A stretch of DNA of 62,984 nt, the filler included, from Folioceros fuciformis (taxonomy: Eukaryota), in the NCBI GenBank assembly GCA_049999805.1. It is 9 parts of 9 records of this genome, joined end to end, with 100 filler letters (N's around TTAATTAATTAA, not from the genome) between each part and the next. Parts side by side here need not be neighbours in the genome. Positions count along the whole stretch, not along the records: positions 1 to 23,852 come from JBNGIO010002838.1; 8 more parts are not named here. The stretch is one strand, 5' to 3'. Under the pieces are notes generated by a model. It ran no database searches. It was not told the origin of the DNA and saw only the letters and a program-made list of their open reading frames with translations. The position numbers and the translations under genes are program-made. Shown here one piece after another: positions 13,201 through 23,952 of the stretch (the first letter of the stretch is position 1; each line of letters starts with the position of its first letter).

Positions 13201-14934
13201 CCTGTTGCCATCCTCAGTAACCAGAGGAGGAGGGGAAACAGTAGTTCTTAGCGGTGGGTCCCACCTGTGCCGCCGCCGGACAGGTCCAACAGCAGTAGTG
13301 ACGTAGAGATCCTGTGGGAAGATCTGCCTGATCAGTGGAGGGGTAGGAGAGGAAGAGGGGGACAGTGAGAGGGGACGCGTGCAGACCGGGGGGAAGGCGC
13401 CAGCGGCGTGGAGAGTGGCAATAGTAATTGCAGGCTAGGATAGCGTTTTTTTTTGGAATGCTTTTACTTGGAGTGGAGGCGCTTGGAATCTAAGAGCGCA
13501 GATTGACCCCTGACGGACTTTATAGCGGAAAGACCGCCACCACCGTGTATAAGAGGCCAGCTTGAGGCCTGGGAAATTAACAAAAATCAGCCCAATTACC
13601 CAACCTTGTAGGAGTCTAGCGATAGCCGTTGCCGGACAGGAGGTCCAGGCAAGCACACGCCCGTAGCAATCTGGGGGTGTGGGTGCAGGTGGTGGATGCT
13701 CCGTGATTGAGCCCGAGGACGAATCGGGAGGTGGAACCTCGCCGAGTGGGAGACGAGCTCCTCAACTATCCTCGGGGCGATCACGTGGGGTGGTGAAGAC
13801 GTCGGAGCCGAATCCGCGGGTTTGGAGTGGAAGCCGGTATCCCTTCCCTTAGCCCCGGTGTCTCAGCATTCCTTAACTCCATAGGAGAAGGCCCAGAGGG
13901 GCAGGACCGAGTGTGGAGTCGAGAAAATGTGAACAGGTGAGGAAGTGAGATTAAGAGGGATAGTGAGAGTGAATGTGTGACGTTGAATGGTCGTCAGGAC
14001 AGGCCTGCGCGACTGGGGGTGCGTATGTGAGAAGTGGTGGTAGAAGTACGAGAAGGCTGCATGGTGGAAGCCGCTGAAACCCGTGTGAGGGAGGAGTGGA
14101 CTGGAGACTATAATCGAAAAGGGACCTTTGGAGGCGTCGTGGATGGGGCGCTGCGAACCGAGGACGAGTGCCCGGAGTTTGAGGAAAAGAGGAACCATAA
14201 AAGTGGAGCCGCCGAGTTGGAGTGATTAAGCGCCGACAAAACCCTGGTGCGTGTGTAGCTGAAAGACGATTGTGTGTAAACCGGCCTGGGTTTGGGCTGA
14301 GGTCGCGTGGATAGATTGAGGACTGTAGTGTCCAAGGCCCCTTCAAAACTTCCTGAGTGCCAATAGGTGCACGACGAACGCTGGTGTGTTTTAATCGAGG
14401 TACTGGAGAACTGGCGGGTATGGGCGGAGGTCTGTGAGTTCGTAGGTGAGCGCGACTAGGAGTAAGTTGCTGGCGATTTTGGGAGGCAAAGGATTGGTAA
14501 GTAGGTATTAGAGGGTAACCCAGGTTAGTGGAGAGAGGAGGAGGCTTAGAGATAGATAGAGAGAGAAAGTGGGATCCACTGGGGTAGCCGGATGGGTGAC
14601 CATTACCCGGAGAGGAAAGGGAGTTGTCTGGAGGGAAACGGGGGTAGTCCTGAGCAGAAGTAGTTGTAGGGGCAACGGAGTGGTTGAGGCGGTTGAAGAA
14701 GTGGCCGGAGCTAGGGTCGTCAGGAAGTCAGGAAGAGTGGGAGCGCCCGGGTGTGACTTGGGTAGTTGGGGGGTCCTGAGGAGATAGGTACCCTTAAGGT
14801 AGTAATTGATTTTGAGAGGAAACCTGTGTAGTTGGACACAAATCATTCCCTTGGGATCGAATCCCAGTGCTATAACGGCAAAGAGGGTTTGTGTGGACCT
14901 CGCAGCACCCCCAGGTGCAATATTTTCCCCCGCA
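10270..14934. mobile_element. 4665-bp insertion with TG...CA ends and 5-bp TSD; probable giant solo LTR carrying an accessory ORF
   Basis: TGTAGAGGAAAA...TTTTCCCCCGCA imperfect terminal inverted repeat; ACCTA at 10265-10269 and 14935-14939; removal restores ...RCEAP-T-RQRRATAKEE... in host pol. Confidence 0.88.
10783..13370 (+). pseudogene. Decayed accessory ORF inside the insertion (helical domain, coiled coil, low-complexity linker, small C-terminal domain)
   Basis: Chain of + strand ORFs 10820-11314, 11284-11730, 12484-12876, 12937-13251 joined by frameshifts/stops; IDWGKILY...ISPFLVHIY segment; E/R/A/Q-rich heptads. Confidence 0.65.
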
Positions 14935-17475
14935 ACCTACAAGGCAACGAAGAGCAACAGCCAAGGAGGAAGACAAGTCCCCATTTTGGCCACCACCCTG
15001 GCTGAAAAATGAAGGTGAATTCCCCACCAGTGAGACATGGAAGATGTGGACTGATGGAGCAGTTTCGCAAGGTAGGGGAGGCGTAGGAATCTTCTTGCTA
15101 GGTCCTATTGGGAAACCAGCTCGGAAGATTGGCAAGTGTGTCCCTATAAGTACTAATAACGAGGCCGAATACCAGGCGATGGAGCATGTGTTGGAGGAAG
15201 CCTTAGGGCTAGGAGTGAAATACCTTAGTGCCTTCTCGGACAGCCAATTATTGGTAAAGCAACTGTTGGGCAAGTATGAGGTTAGAGCAAAGAATCTGGT
15301 GGGAATGCATAGCAAGATCCTAGAGATGATCCCAAGGTTTGGAGGTTTTGCTCTTACTCATGTTTCTAGGAACATGAATGTAGTAGCAGATGAATTGGCA
15401 AAGAAGGCATTACGGGATGATCTTGGACCGAATGTTCCAACATCAGATAAGATGATTACTCTTGCCATTCTTGATTACTGTGTTGAAAAACCTGAAGCCT
15501 GTGCTAAGGGGATGTGGCATATTCAAGTGGATACTGCCTCATCAATAACCTGGGGTGCTGGTTTTGCATCCCTGATACTAGGGCCAGATGATAAGGAAGT
15601 AGCCTTGGTATCTAAGTCAGTCAACAGGTCTCACCCAAAGTTGCTGGTGATGCAGGCTATCAAGGAAGGACTGGCAGAAGCAATAAGATGTGGAGCACTC
15701 CATGTTACCATGTTTTCCAACAACCTTCTTGTGATAAGGGCCCTTCGGGCTGGATTGAAGTCCTATGTTGGAAGGCAGAAGCTTGAAGAAGATTTAGCAG
15801 CCGTTGAAGGTACAGCTGCTCTCTTAAGGTGTGTAAACTATATACACACTAATACCCTAGTCTTTCCGGTCAAACCAGAGAGGGATGTGAAAAGCTATGC
15901 TGAGGCAACAGTCTTTAACATCCGATGTTTTGAAGGAGAAGGGGAGCTGACCACCCTAGTTGTTCAAGTCGAGGACCCGGCTACATTATATGGACAGATC
16001 ACAGATTTCATCACTAGTGCGAAGCTACCTGAGGAACCACCTGGTTATGATAAGAAGATAGCTAAGTGGTCCAAGGATTATGCAGTGGTGGAAGGGAGGC
16101 TGTTTAAGACTGGGCCAAATACAATACTTAGGATGTGTGTGTGGGGCCAACAGATTCCTCGCATTCTGTTTGAGATGCATGATTTAGTCTGTGGAGGCCA
16201 TTTTGATGCAGCCGCAACAACAAAGAAGATTCTGCACGCTGGTTACTACTGGCCCAACATGTTCAAAGATGCTCGTGCCTATTGTCAACACTGTTACAGT
16301 TGCCAAAGGTATGCCACAGTTTCCTTAAAACAAGGTTTGCTCAATCCAATCTTCCCAACCGGTTCGTTTGTCAAGTGGGGGTTGGACTGCATTGGACCCT
16401 TGGCACCTGTCTCCCTTCACGGGAACAAGTATATCATAACAGCTACTGTTTATGCCACGAAGTGAATTGAAGCTTAGGCTTTACCATCATTATCAAGAGA
16501 GCTCATCGGACATTTCCTATACTCGAATGTGATCAGTAGGTTTGGATGCACAGCAGAGATAGTAAGTGACCAAGGATGGGAGTTTGTAAACAACATGATG
16601 GAAGGGGTGACCCGAGCCAACTCAGTCAAGCACAGGTTAGCTACACCTTACCACCCAATCACTAACAGGCAAGCAGAAAGCACCAACAAGGTAGCTATCA
16701 AGGTGTTGGCTAAGCTATGTGAGGCGGAACCCCAAAGATGGGATGCCCACCTTCCTGGGGCACTATGGGCTATCAGGACCCGAACCAAGGCTATTTCGGG
16801 TTTATCCCCGTTTGCTCCGGTATATGGAGCACCGGCCAGAGTACCTTCACAAGTGGAGACAGCCACTGTTGGATTTGGGATCATTGCTGCAGGGGTTCAA
16901 CCTGAGCAGCGGGCACTTGAGCTGAATGAGCTAGAGGAGGTGAGAAAGGTGGCCTTCCAAAGGGAAGAACACAGTAAGATGAGATAGAAAGTGGTCCTGG
17001 ATGAAGGGAGGAAGATGTATACATTAGAACCTGGAGATTGGGTCCTGAAGCTTAACGTCTGGCGTTACATGAAGAAGGAGCTAGGGTATAAACTGAAGCC
17101 ACGATGGGAAGGACCCTTCTTACTACAGGAGGTCTTCACTAAGGGTGCTACCAAGATACTCTTACCACCAGATTTCACGGCTCAGGAGGAGGTAGTGAGT
17201 CTTAGCTACCTGAAGAAGTTCTTTGCCTGAGTCAAGTAGGTAGATGCTCCCGTCTAACCAGATAAGGCATTTAACCTTACTCTTTGAGATTATATGCAAG
17301 CGAGGGAGGAAAAAAGGTTATGAGGTATGTGACTAGAGGGAGGGGGAGTTCATCTAACCTTGAGGGTGTCTAAGTTATTATGAGTGGACAAGTTAGGTAG
17401 GATCGTGTGGTTGTGAGCGTTTGGTATTTTTAGGATAGGGCTACTATTTAGGTTGTTGGTGAGAGCGCACTGAAG

Positions 17476-18337
17476 ATGGCCACATTGAGGGATCCTCATA
17501 GAAGAGAGGCAGTGAGGTTGAATGATGGCTTCAGGCGTGCTGTGGATCCCTTATGACCCACAGGCCCTGCAAAGACCTAGAACAAGGAAGGAGGTAGATT
17601 TGTGGGTTCGTTATTGCGAAAGGCACCACTATTGGTGTTGTATAGAAAGCCTTGAGGAACTTAGGCCACCTCTGATATCCTTAGCCCAGTCTTGCAGCTT
17701 CGAATGGACGAAGGCTTGCAATGTGAGCTTCAACGCAATGAGGAATCACCTGTGGCTCCATCAAGTCTCTGCGGGGTTAGAGGCCCTAGGGTTGGTTAGT
17801 AATAGCCCTTGTCTAGATGCCCGGCCTACTAAACATGGTGAGTTGATTGTATTGCTAGCATCTTTGAGGGACTCAGGTCGAAGTCAGGAGTATGGGAAGT
17901 GGTGGGAGCTAGTGTCGCCCTTCCTCACCATGCTACGAAAGGATCTTCCTTTTTGGAGATGGACCAACGAATGTGAAATATCATGGCTGGTCTTAAGGCA
18001 ATTTGAGCAGGACATTCGTGAAGAGTAGGAGAGTAGTGAGGAAGATGGTGAGACAAGCAGGCTAGTAAAATCTTTTGCTAGCTTGTTTGAAGAGAGAGTT
18101 AGCAGTGGAAGTGATCGGAAGATAAAGAGATATGATTCTCCCACTAAAAAGCCAAGACACCACAGTATGGAAGAAGGCCATCCAACCTCAGCAACATATC
18201 AGGGGGATAGCGAGGCCTGGCGCGCGGCCGTGGGTGTGCCAGCTGAGGGAAATGTCACCAAAGGAAGGACGCTAGATGCCCATCCAGCGATGCAAGAGGC
18301 GATCAGGAAGGAAGACCTTAGGAGCCACAAAGAGTAG
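17476..18337 (+). pseudogene. 3' extra ORF of the gypsy element, two RT-thumb-like repeats plus charged tail
   Basis: ORFs 17522-18028 and 18083-18337 in the same frame, separated by one stop; located downstream of integrase. Confidence 0.6.
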
Positions 18338-18859
18338 ACAGTAAGATATTTTGTATTGAGAGGAGGAGAGGGGTTTCCGGAGCTTTACAGTGGAATATCT
18401 AGACTAGCAACATGTGGTATAAAGCCTTGGCCTTCGTAGCCATGGCCAAGCAGAGGGCCTATACGTCTGTCTTTGCTGCTAGATCTTGTCGTACCATCAG
18501 CTGTAATCTCCATCTATGGATTGTGCTTGAGAGTCAGTCTAGCAGCCTTGCGTCTCGTCGACTCAATGAGGTGTGCGTTCTGCTTCTTGTGCACCACATG
18601 ATACTACATTATGGTTACGGGACTTGAAAGATCGAGGGAGTGATACAACGTCAGCAACTGAAGGCGTCCTACCGTACCAATCCCACCACGAGTTCCTAGC
18701 CACAACATCACACGTGCGGAAGGCGATCAAGTAACATCATCATGATCTAAGACCTTATGCATTTAGGAGCACTGATTGCTAGTATGTGTAGAGGGACTAT
18801 AGATCTAAGGAGGCATAGCCCATCACTGATATGTGGAATGGCATATGCCCAGTAGATGT

Positions 18860-19214
18860 CCGCCCTTTTACAGGTATCTTCAGAGGCGTACCCCGGCTAT
18901 AACCCAGCTAAACTGCCCTTTTACAGGTATCTTCAGAGGCGTACCCCGACTATACCCCGGCTAACACCGCCCTTTCACAGGTATTTTCAGAGGCGTACCC
19001 CGGCTATACCCTGGCTAACACCGCCCTTTTACAGGTATCTTTAGAGGTGTACCTCGGCTAACACCTCCCTTTTACAGGTATCTTTAGAGGCGTACCCCGG
19101 CTATACCCCGGCTAACACCGCCCTTTTACAGGTATCTTCAGAGGCGTACCCCGGCTATAGCCCGGCTAACACCGCCCTCTTACAAGTATCTTCAGAGGCG
19201 TACCCCGGCTAACA
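18860..19214. repeat. Minisatellite, ~54-bp unit, about 7 copies
   Basis: CCGCCCTTTTACAGGTATCTTCAGAGGCGTACCCCGGCTATACCCCGGCTAACA repeated head to tail. Confidence 0.95.
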
Positions 19215-19439
19215 ACGTAACCAGTATCCCACAGACACTGCGTATAATAGACTTGTCTCCTTATTTTTCATTATTTAAAAAAATGAAAAATCCTTAGAAG
19301 AACAACGGAGCAAGGCCAAAAGGGGTATGATAGAGAGGGCGTTGAAAGAACAACCCGAGCAAGGCCCAAAGGGGGTACGACAGAGAGGACGCGGACGCGT
19401 AGACTAACCAGTTTGTGCTGAAACCTAGTTTTCATCAAT

Positions 19440-20900
19440 ATCGCTTCAGGCCCCTCGCCTTGAAACGTTTCCAAGCAGCAGGTTCCTGTCCTTCCCTGGC
19501 CTCTCGAGCAAAGAGGGAGGCCTCTCTTCCCGCGAAAAGGCTCTGCCCTACTGTCTACCACATTGAATCTGCGACTCGATGCTGTTCAGAAGCTGCCAAC
19601 AACCTCAAGCCGGATACAGCAACATCACACGGTAGCATGCAACCGTTTCCTGCCAGATCTGACCCGCTTGAAAATGGACGTTCAAGCCAGACGCGACGCG
19701 CAAGTCGGGTGTCATGTGATACGGATGTCGGCTTTGCTGCCACTGCACCCGCGCCGTGTTGCGTGCTTGCTGAGGCCATCACCTTCACTTGTCCATCGGT
19801 GCAGCAGAAAACTGTTTCAACATTACGCAGCATTACAACATATCAACGCCCTCTTCAGCTTGCATGCCACTGAAACGATGAGTAGGCCTGCGGAAGATCT
19901 CCTGATATCATGGAATTCATGTTACCACATCCGGACTGGCAGTCGCGATGCCTGCAAGAGGCACACAAATGTCATAGAACTGGGGGCTGTAACGCCTTTG
20001 TGTGCCATGCTGCCTTATAGATGAAGCGCTGCTCGGCCCACACCACCTGCGAACACCCAACTAAGAGCGTTGTCAACTTACCACAGTGCTCTTAGAAGCC
20101 TGTCAGGCACGCCCTGAGTTGCACCAGCCAGCTGCATACCCACAACTGCCTCAGTGTGAAGTCCTGATACATTTCCAAATTATTTGCGCACGAAGTCAGC
20201 GGGTTGTCTTGTCCAAAGCCCGTGCTCAAAAACTTGCACAAAACAGGTAAGGAAAGACAATGAGATCCTGCAAGAGGCCTGACGCAACTGTGACAGGATC
20301 TGCAGCTGTGATGCCTGCTTTCTGCACAGGACCACATAGATTAGTTGCTTCCACCCGTTGAACACTGCTGGGTCAGCATTTCATTCTAGGTCCCCACAAC
20401 AACATTTTCACCAAGTCCGTTAAACGCGGTCAAGGCATTAATTGCCGTGTAGCCTTCGACACTTCGCAGTGTTTCTACATACACATGTTTACCAGTCAAC
20501 AACCTGAAACCAGATCACCTAGAAGATTTCGTGTCCCACTGGGAGGCTGCTTCTCCTTGCCCAACGGTTGGGCAACCAAAACCAGCACAAGCCTGCAGGA
20601 GGCCCACAAATGTCATGAATCATGATGTCGGTTTGCTGCATACTGCATTAGACTCTAGATAACGAGCCCCTTGGCTCATGCCACACTCCGCGTACATGTA
20701 TGCCCAGTAAGCAATTGCAACCAATCAAACTGAACTGCAGGGGCCAGCTCATCACCATTGCCCACCTGCTGTCAAGTTTCCAAGTCTGCTCCCTTTGCAC
20801 AAGCCTGTAGGGCTACTACAGCTTTAGAAGACCACGTGGAGGCATTTGGTTCAAAACCAAGGGGGCCACAGCCATCGCCTTCCTGGTACACTAGTGCGCC
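19440..20900 (-). pseudogene. Heavily decayed PLS-class PPR pseudogene
   Basis: Reverse-strand remnants FMTFVGLLQACAG (~20580-20625) and PSSMTFVCLLQAS (~19940-19985) match L motifs of the intact PPR at 45622; no long ORF. Confidence 0.7.
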
Positions 20901-21656
20901 CTGCCGCCACATTTGGCTGGATGTGGTTCCACAAGAACTCCAGTTCGGGAAAACAATAGTCTAAAGGACTCGGACTGCACATCATGGTGTCGGACACGGC
21001 ACGGTCCCATACGTTGCACCTGGAGGAGGCATGAGACGTTGCAGGAGGGGATCCTTCAGGTCACCCAATTTGTTTTGGACAAGCTGGGACCATGGGCTTT
21101 TCCGTACACACTGTCCAGATGTACGCCAGCAAGATCTGCGGGGCTCATGACCCTGCGTGTGCCTTCACCCTAACTCGTCGGATCCAGTGCCCGTAGATTT
21201 TTTTATTCAGGTCCACACACTGTCATCAGTGCTGCATCCCACAGTGAATTGGATCATCCAGCACTTCAGATCATCGAAAGCATTTTCAGCTTGAAAGACA
21301 AATACTAATCAGTTGACCGGACGCCTGGGCTGCGTGTGCAAGCAGGAAGGGCCCGTAGTTGGCTGAACTGCGTCTACATAAACCATCAGGGACGAACCAC
21401 CATGCTCCCTCAGTTACGGGAGAGCTGCAGTGTGACGGCCCGAGCAGCAGCAGCAGTAGGGTTGGCCGCGGAGGGACAAAATGTCACAATATCATCTACT
21501 TCCGTCGTGGCAGCGGGAAGAACAGCATGATCCTTGCCAGACCCGAAACCCGTCGTCTTCGTGGGCCGAAACCTTTGGAAGCTATCTCTTGGGCAAGCAT
21601 TGGCCCAACCAGAGGAGCACTTGTTTAATGGTTCCCTTCGAAGTTCGGAAACATAT

Positions 21657-21703
21657 AACCCATACTACTACGCTTAAATGAGGAGCCGTCGGACTGATAT
21701 AAG
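21657..21703 (+). promoter_or_regulatory. snRNA promoter: USE-like AACCCATAC (~-72) and TATAAG (-31)
   Basis: Positions relative to the U2 start match plant Pol II snRNA promoter geometry; USE differs from angiosperm RTCCCACATCG. Confidence 0.6.
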
Positions 21704-21728
21704 TACTCGGTGTTCCTCATTGATGGTC

Positions 21729-21926
21729 ATACCTTTTTCGGCCTTTTGGCTAAGATCAAGTGTAGTATCTGTTCTTATCAGTTTAATATCTGATACGTGG
21801 GTCATCGACCCACATGATATTAATCTTATTTCTTTCTTGGGGTAGAGCCACGTGAGGTAGCTCGCTACCTCGGCTCCACACGCGTCGCTCTGGTATTGCA
21901 CTACTTCCATTGCCTGGCGCACCCCA
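21729..21926 (+). ncRNA. U2: U2 spliceosomal snRNA
   Basis: ATACCTTTTTCGGCCTTTTGGCTAAGATCAAGTGTAGTATCTGTTCTTATCAGTTTAATATCTGATA 5' end, branch-point pairing GTAGTA, loop IV TATTGCACT, 3' GCACCCCA; 198 nt. Confidence 0.97.
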
Positions 21927-22849
21927 CTCCCCTCCCCGGGGAACCCGAATGAAACCTAAGAAGGATGTACGTGGGCGACAGTAAGGGAGCGAGTCCCTGA
22001 CACTCACTTGGGAAACGAGTCGTAGACGGACGTGAGCGACTGTCCCGGCTACCGCATTTCCGCCCGAACGTTCGGCCAAGGAAGATCCGCTAGAACTAGA
22101 CTTACAGGGCTCGAGACATGATGTGACACAGCAAGTAAAGTATTCTGCGAACCACGAGTGATTCTGTGCCTGGACAAGCCCCAGCTGGGCCCAGTAGCTC
22201 TGCGACTGTGGGCGATTCACAAAACAGCAGAACTGTGAGAAACGGTTGGAAGAAGGGCCACCACGAAGCCGGAGGCCTTACATACACAGAATCCGTAGTC
22301 GTTGTATGAGCCCGAGTCGAAAACTTGAAGTGCGCCAACAACCGATAGAGACGAGAGTTTCAACGAATCTGAGGGACGATGAGACATGCGCGTGCTGCTG
22401 GTGGGCTAATTGGGTGGGAACCCAGGCCACACCACATACAAGCGGGGCAACGTAGCCATTTTTTATAAACTTGCACAGGAGTTTTGTCAAGAGGAGGACT
22501 TCCACGAGCTGGACCTTGCCCGTGGGTGTGGGAAGAGGGAGCCCTCCTCACAACTAGACACGCTCTATACAACCTACCCTCCTCTTTGGAGGTGACATAA
22601 CTAGCTACTTCCTGTGACGGTTAAGTTAGCTGGCTGACACACCGGCACAATTCACTTCAGCTGTAGTCTCATACGGCAGGTTGTCCTCCTTAATTTCTTT
22701 CCTTGAGATGCCTCACATAATATACATCTTGGCGAAGTCACCATGCACCTCATATCATCCACGAATCCCATTTGTTGGGTGACTAAAGTTCGAACCAACC
22801 CATCATACCCCTACAACCTAGGTGGCTCCACACTAGCATGAAACTATCT

Positions 22850-23075
22850 ACCTTGCTTGGTTGCCACAAGGGTGAAGCATCTAACCTACTTGGTTAGCGC
22901 AGGGGTGAAGCACCCTTTAAGTTCAATGGCATTGTCTTGCTTGGCTACCACAAGGGTGAAGCATCCTCAAAGCTCAATGGCGTTGCCTTGCTTGGTTACC
23001 ACAAAGGTGAAGCATCTTCCTTACTTGGTTAGCGCAAGGGTGAAGCACCCTCAAAGTTCAATGACGTTGTCTCTT
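22850..23075. repeat. Degenerate tandem repeat (33/45-bp units around GGGTGAAGCA)
   Basis: Five CTTGGTT...AGGGTGAAGCA units. Confidence 0.8.
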
Positions 23076-23192
23076 GATTACAACTACTACTAGTATTGGA
23101 TCACTGCATTCACATGAAATGCTTCTTTTTGTGTATGGTGCACACGTATCTTACAACTTGCATGGTATTCCTAGTAGTGTGATGTCAATGTT

Positions 23193-23852
23193 TGTTAGGA
23201 ATCGATCAAAAGTCAAGTGAGGTTCGCGAAGAGCCAACATGATATGTGGGTATTAGAGGGAGTCAAAATAGGCATGCATGACAAGTTAGATAAATGGTCG
23301 TATGATAATGATTAGATCAATTATACCCATAAACTGACAAGGAGAGAGACCAAGGTTAGCAACAAGAAAGGGAGATGAAGGTTAGCAACAATAAGGTCCT
23401 CAACAAGAGTTGTACCAATCTTTATCCACAATCCAATCTCTATTAGTGAAATCATAACATCCTAAGAGACATAATTGACACGTGGAAGAAAAGGGGTAGT
23501 GGAGTCATAACATAGTAAGAGAGAGAACAACAATGCTGAGTTTTGTCCACAATCCAATCTCTGTTAGGGGAGTCATAACATCCCAAGAGACAGAACTCAC
23601 ATGAGGAAGTTGAAGAAGGGGGAACACTTGCTACACGAGGAAGGGCAACATTGGTAGAGGAAGAAGAAGCAACAGTGGTAGAGGAAGAAGAAGGAAAGAC
23701 ACTAATAGAATCATTGCAACTTAGGTCACAAACAAAGCTCTTGATAGAATCATTGCAACTTAGGCCACAAACAAAGCTCTTGATAGAATCATTGNNNNNN
23801 NNNNAATCATTGCAACTTAGGCCACAAACAAAGCTCTTGATAGAATCATTGC
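23193..23852. mobile_element. Probable LTR start running into a 39-bp tandem array and the contig end
   Basis: TGTTAGGAA start, internal duplication, 39-bp repeats shared with 1-55. Confidence 0.55.
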
Positions 23853-23952
23853 NNNNNNNNNNNNNNNNNNNNNNNNNNNNNNNNNNNNNNNNNNNNTTAA
23901 TTAATTAANNNNNNNNNNNNNNNNNNNNNNNNNNNNNNNNNNNNNNNNNNNN
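23853..23952. other. Artificial contig linker (also 26942-27041, 31572-31671, 45522-45621, 48499-48598, 54370-54469, 60160-60259, 61385-61484)
   Basis: Identical N44-TTAATTAATTAA-N44 blocks of 100 bp with stops in all six frames. Confidence 0.99.

Larger units (their letters stand above)
8729..18340 (+). mobile_element. Tat-like Ty3/gypsy element: RT - RNase H - two additional RNase H domains - integrase - 3' extra ORF; interrupted at 10270-14934
   Basis: WVSPIV, CVDFRKLNK, MPFGLCNAP, FLDDF; TDGA...TNNEAEY...SDSQLLVKQ...NVVADELAK; H-H-C-C zinc finger, WGLDCIGP, SDQG, KLKPRWEGPF; frame is continuous once the insertion is removed. Confidence 0.95.

Noticed and set aside
21950-22600. Short ORFs downstream of U2
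   Set aside because: No recognisable motif or consistent frame
23853-23952. Recurrent TTAATTAATTAA palindrome between N runs, and ORFs ending in LIN
   Set aside because: Artificial concatenation linker; cross-linker gene neighbourhoods were not interpreted
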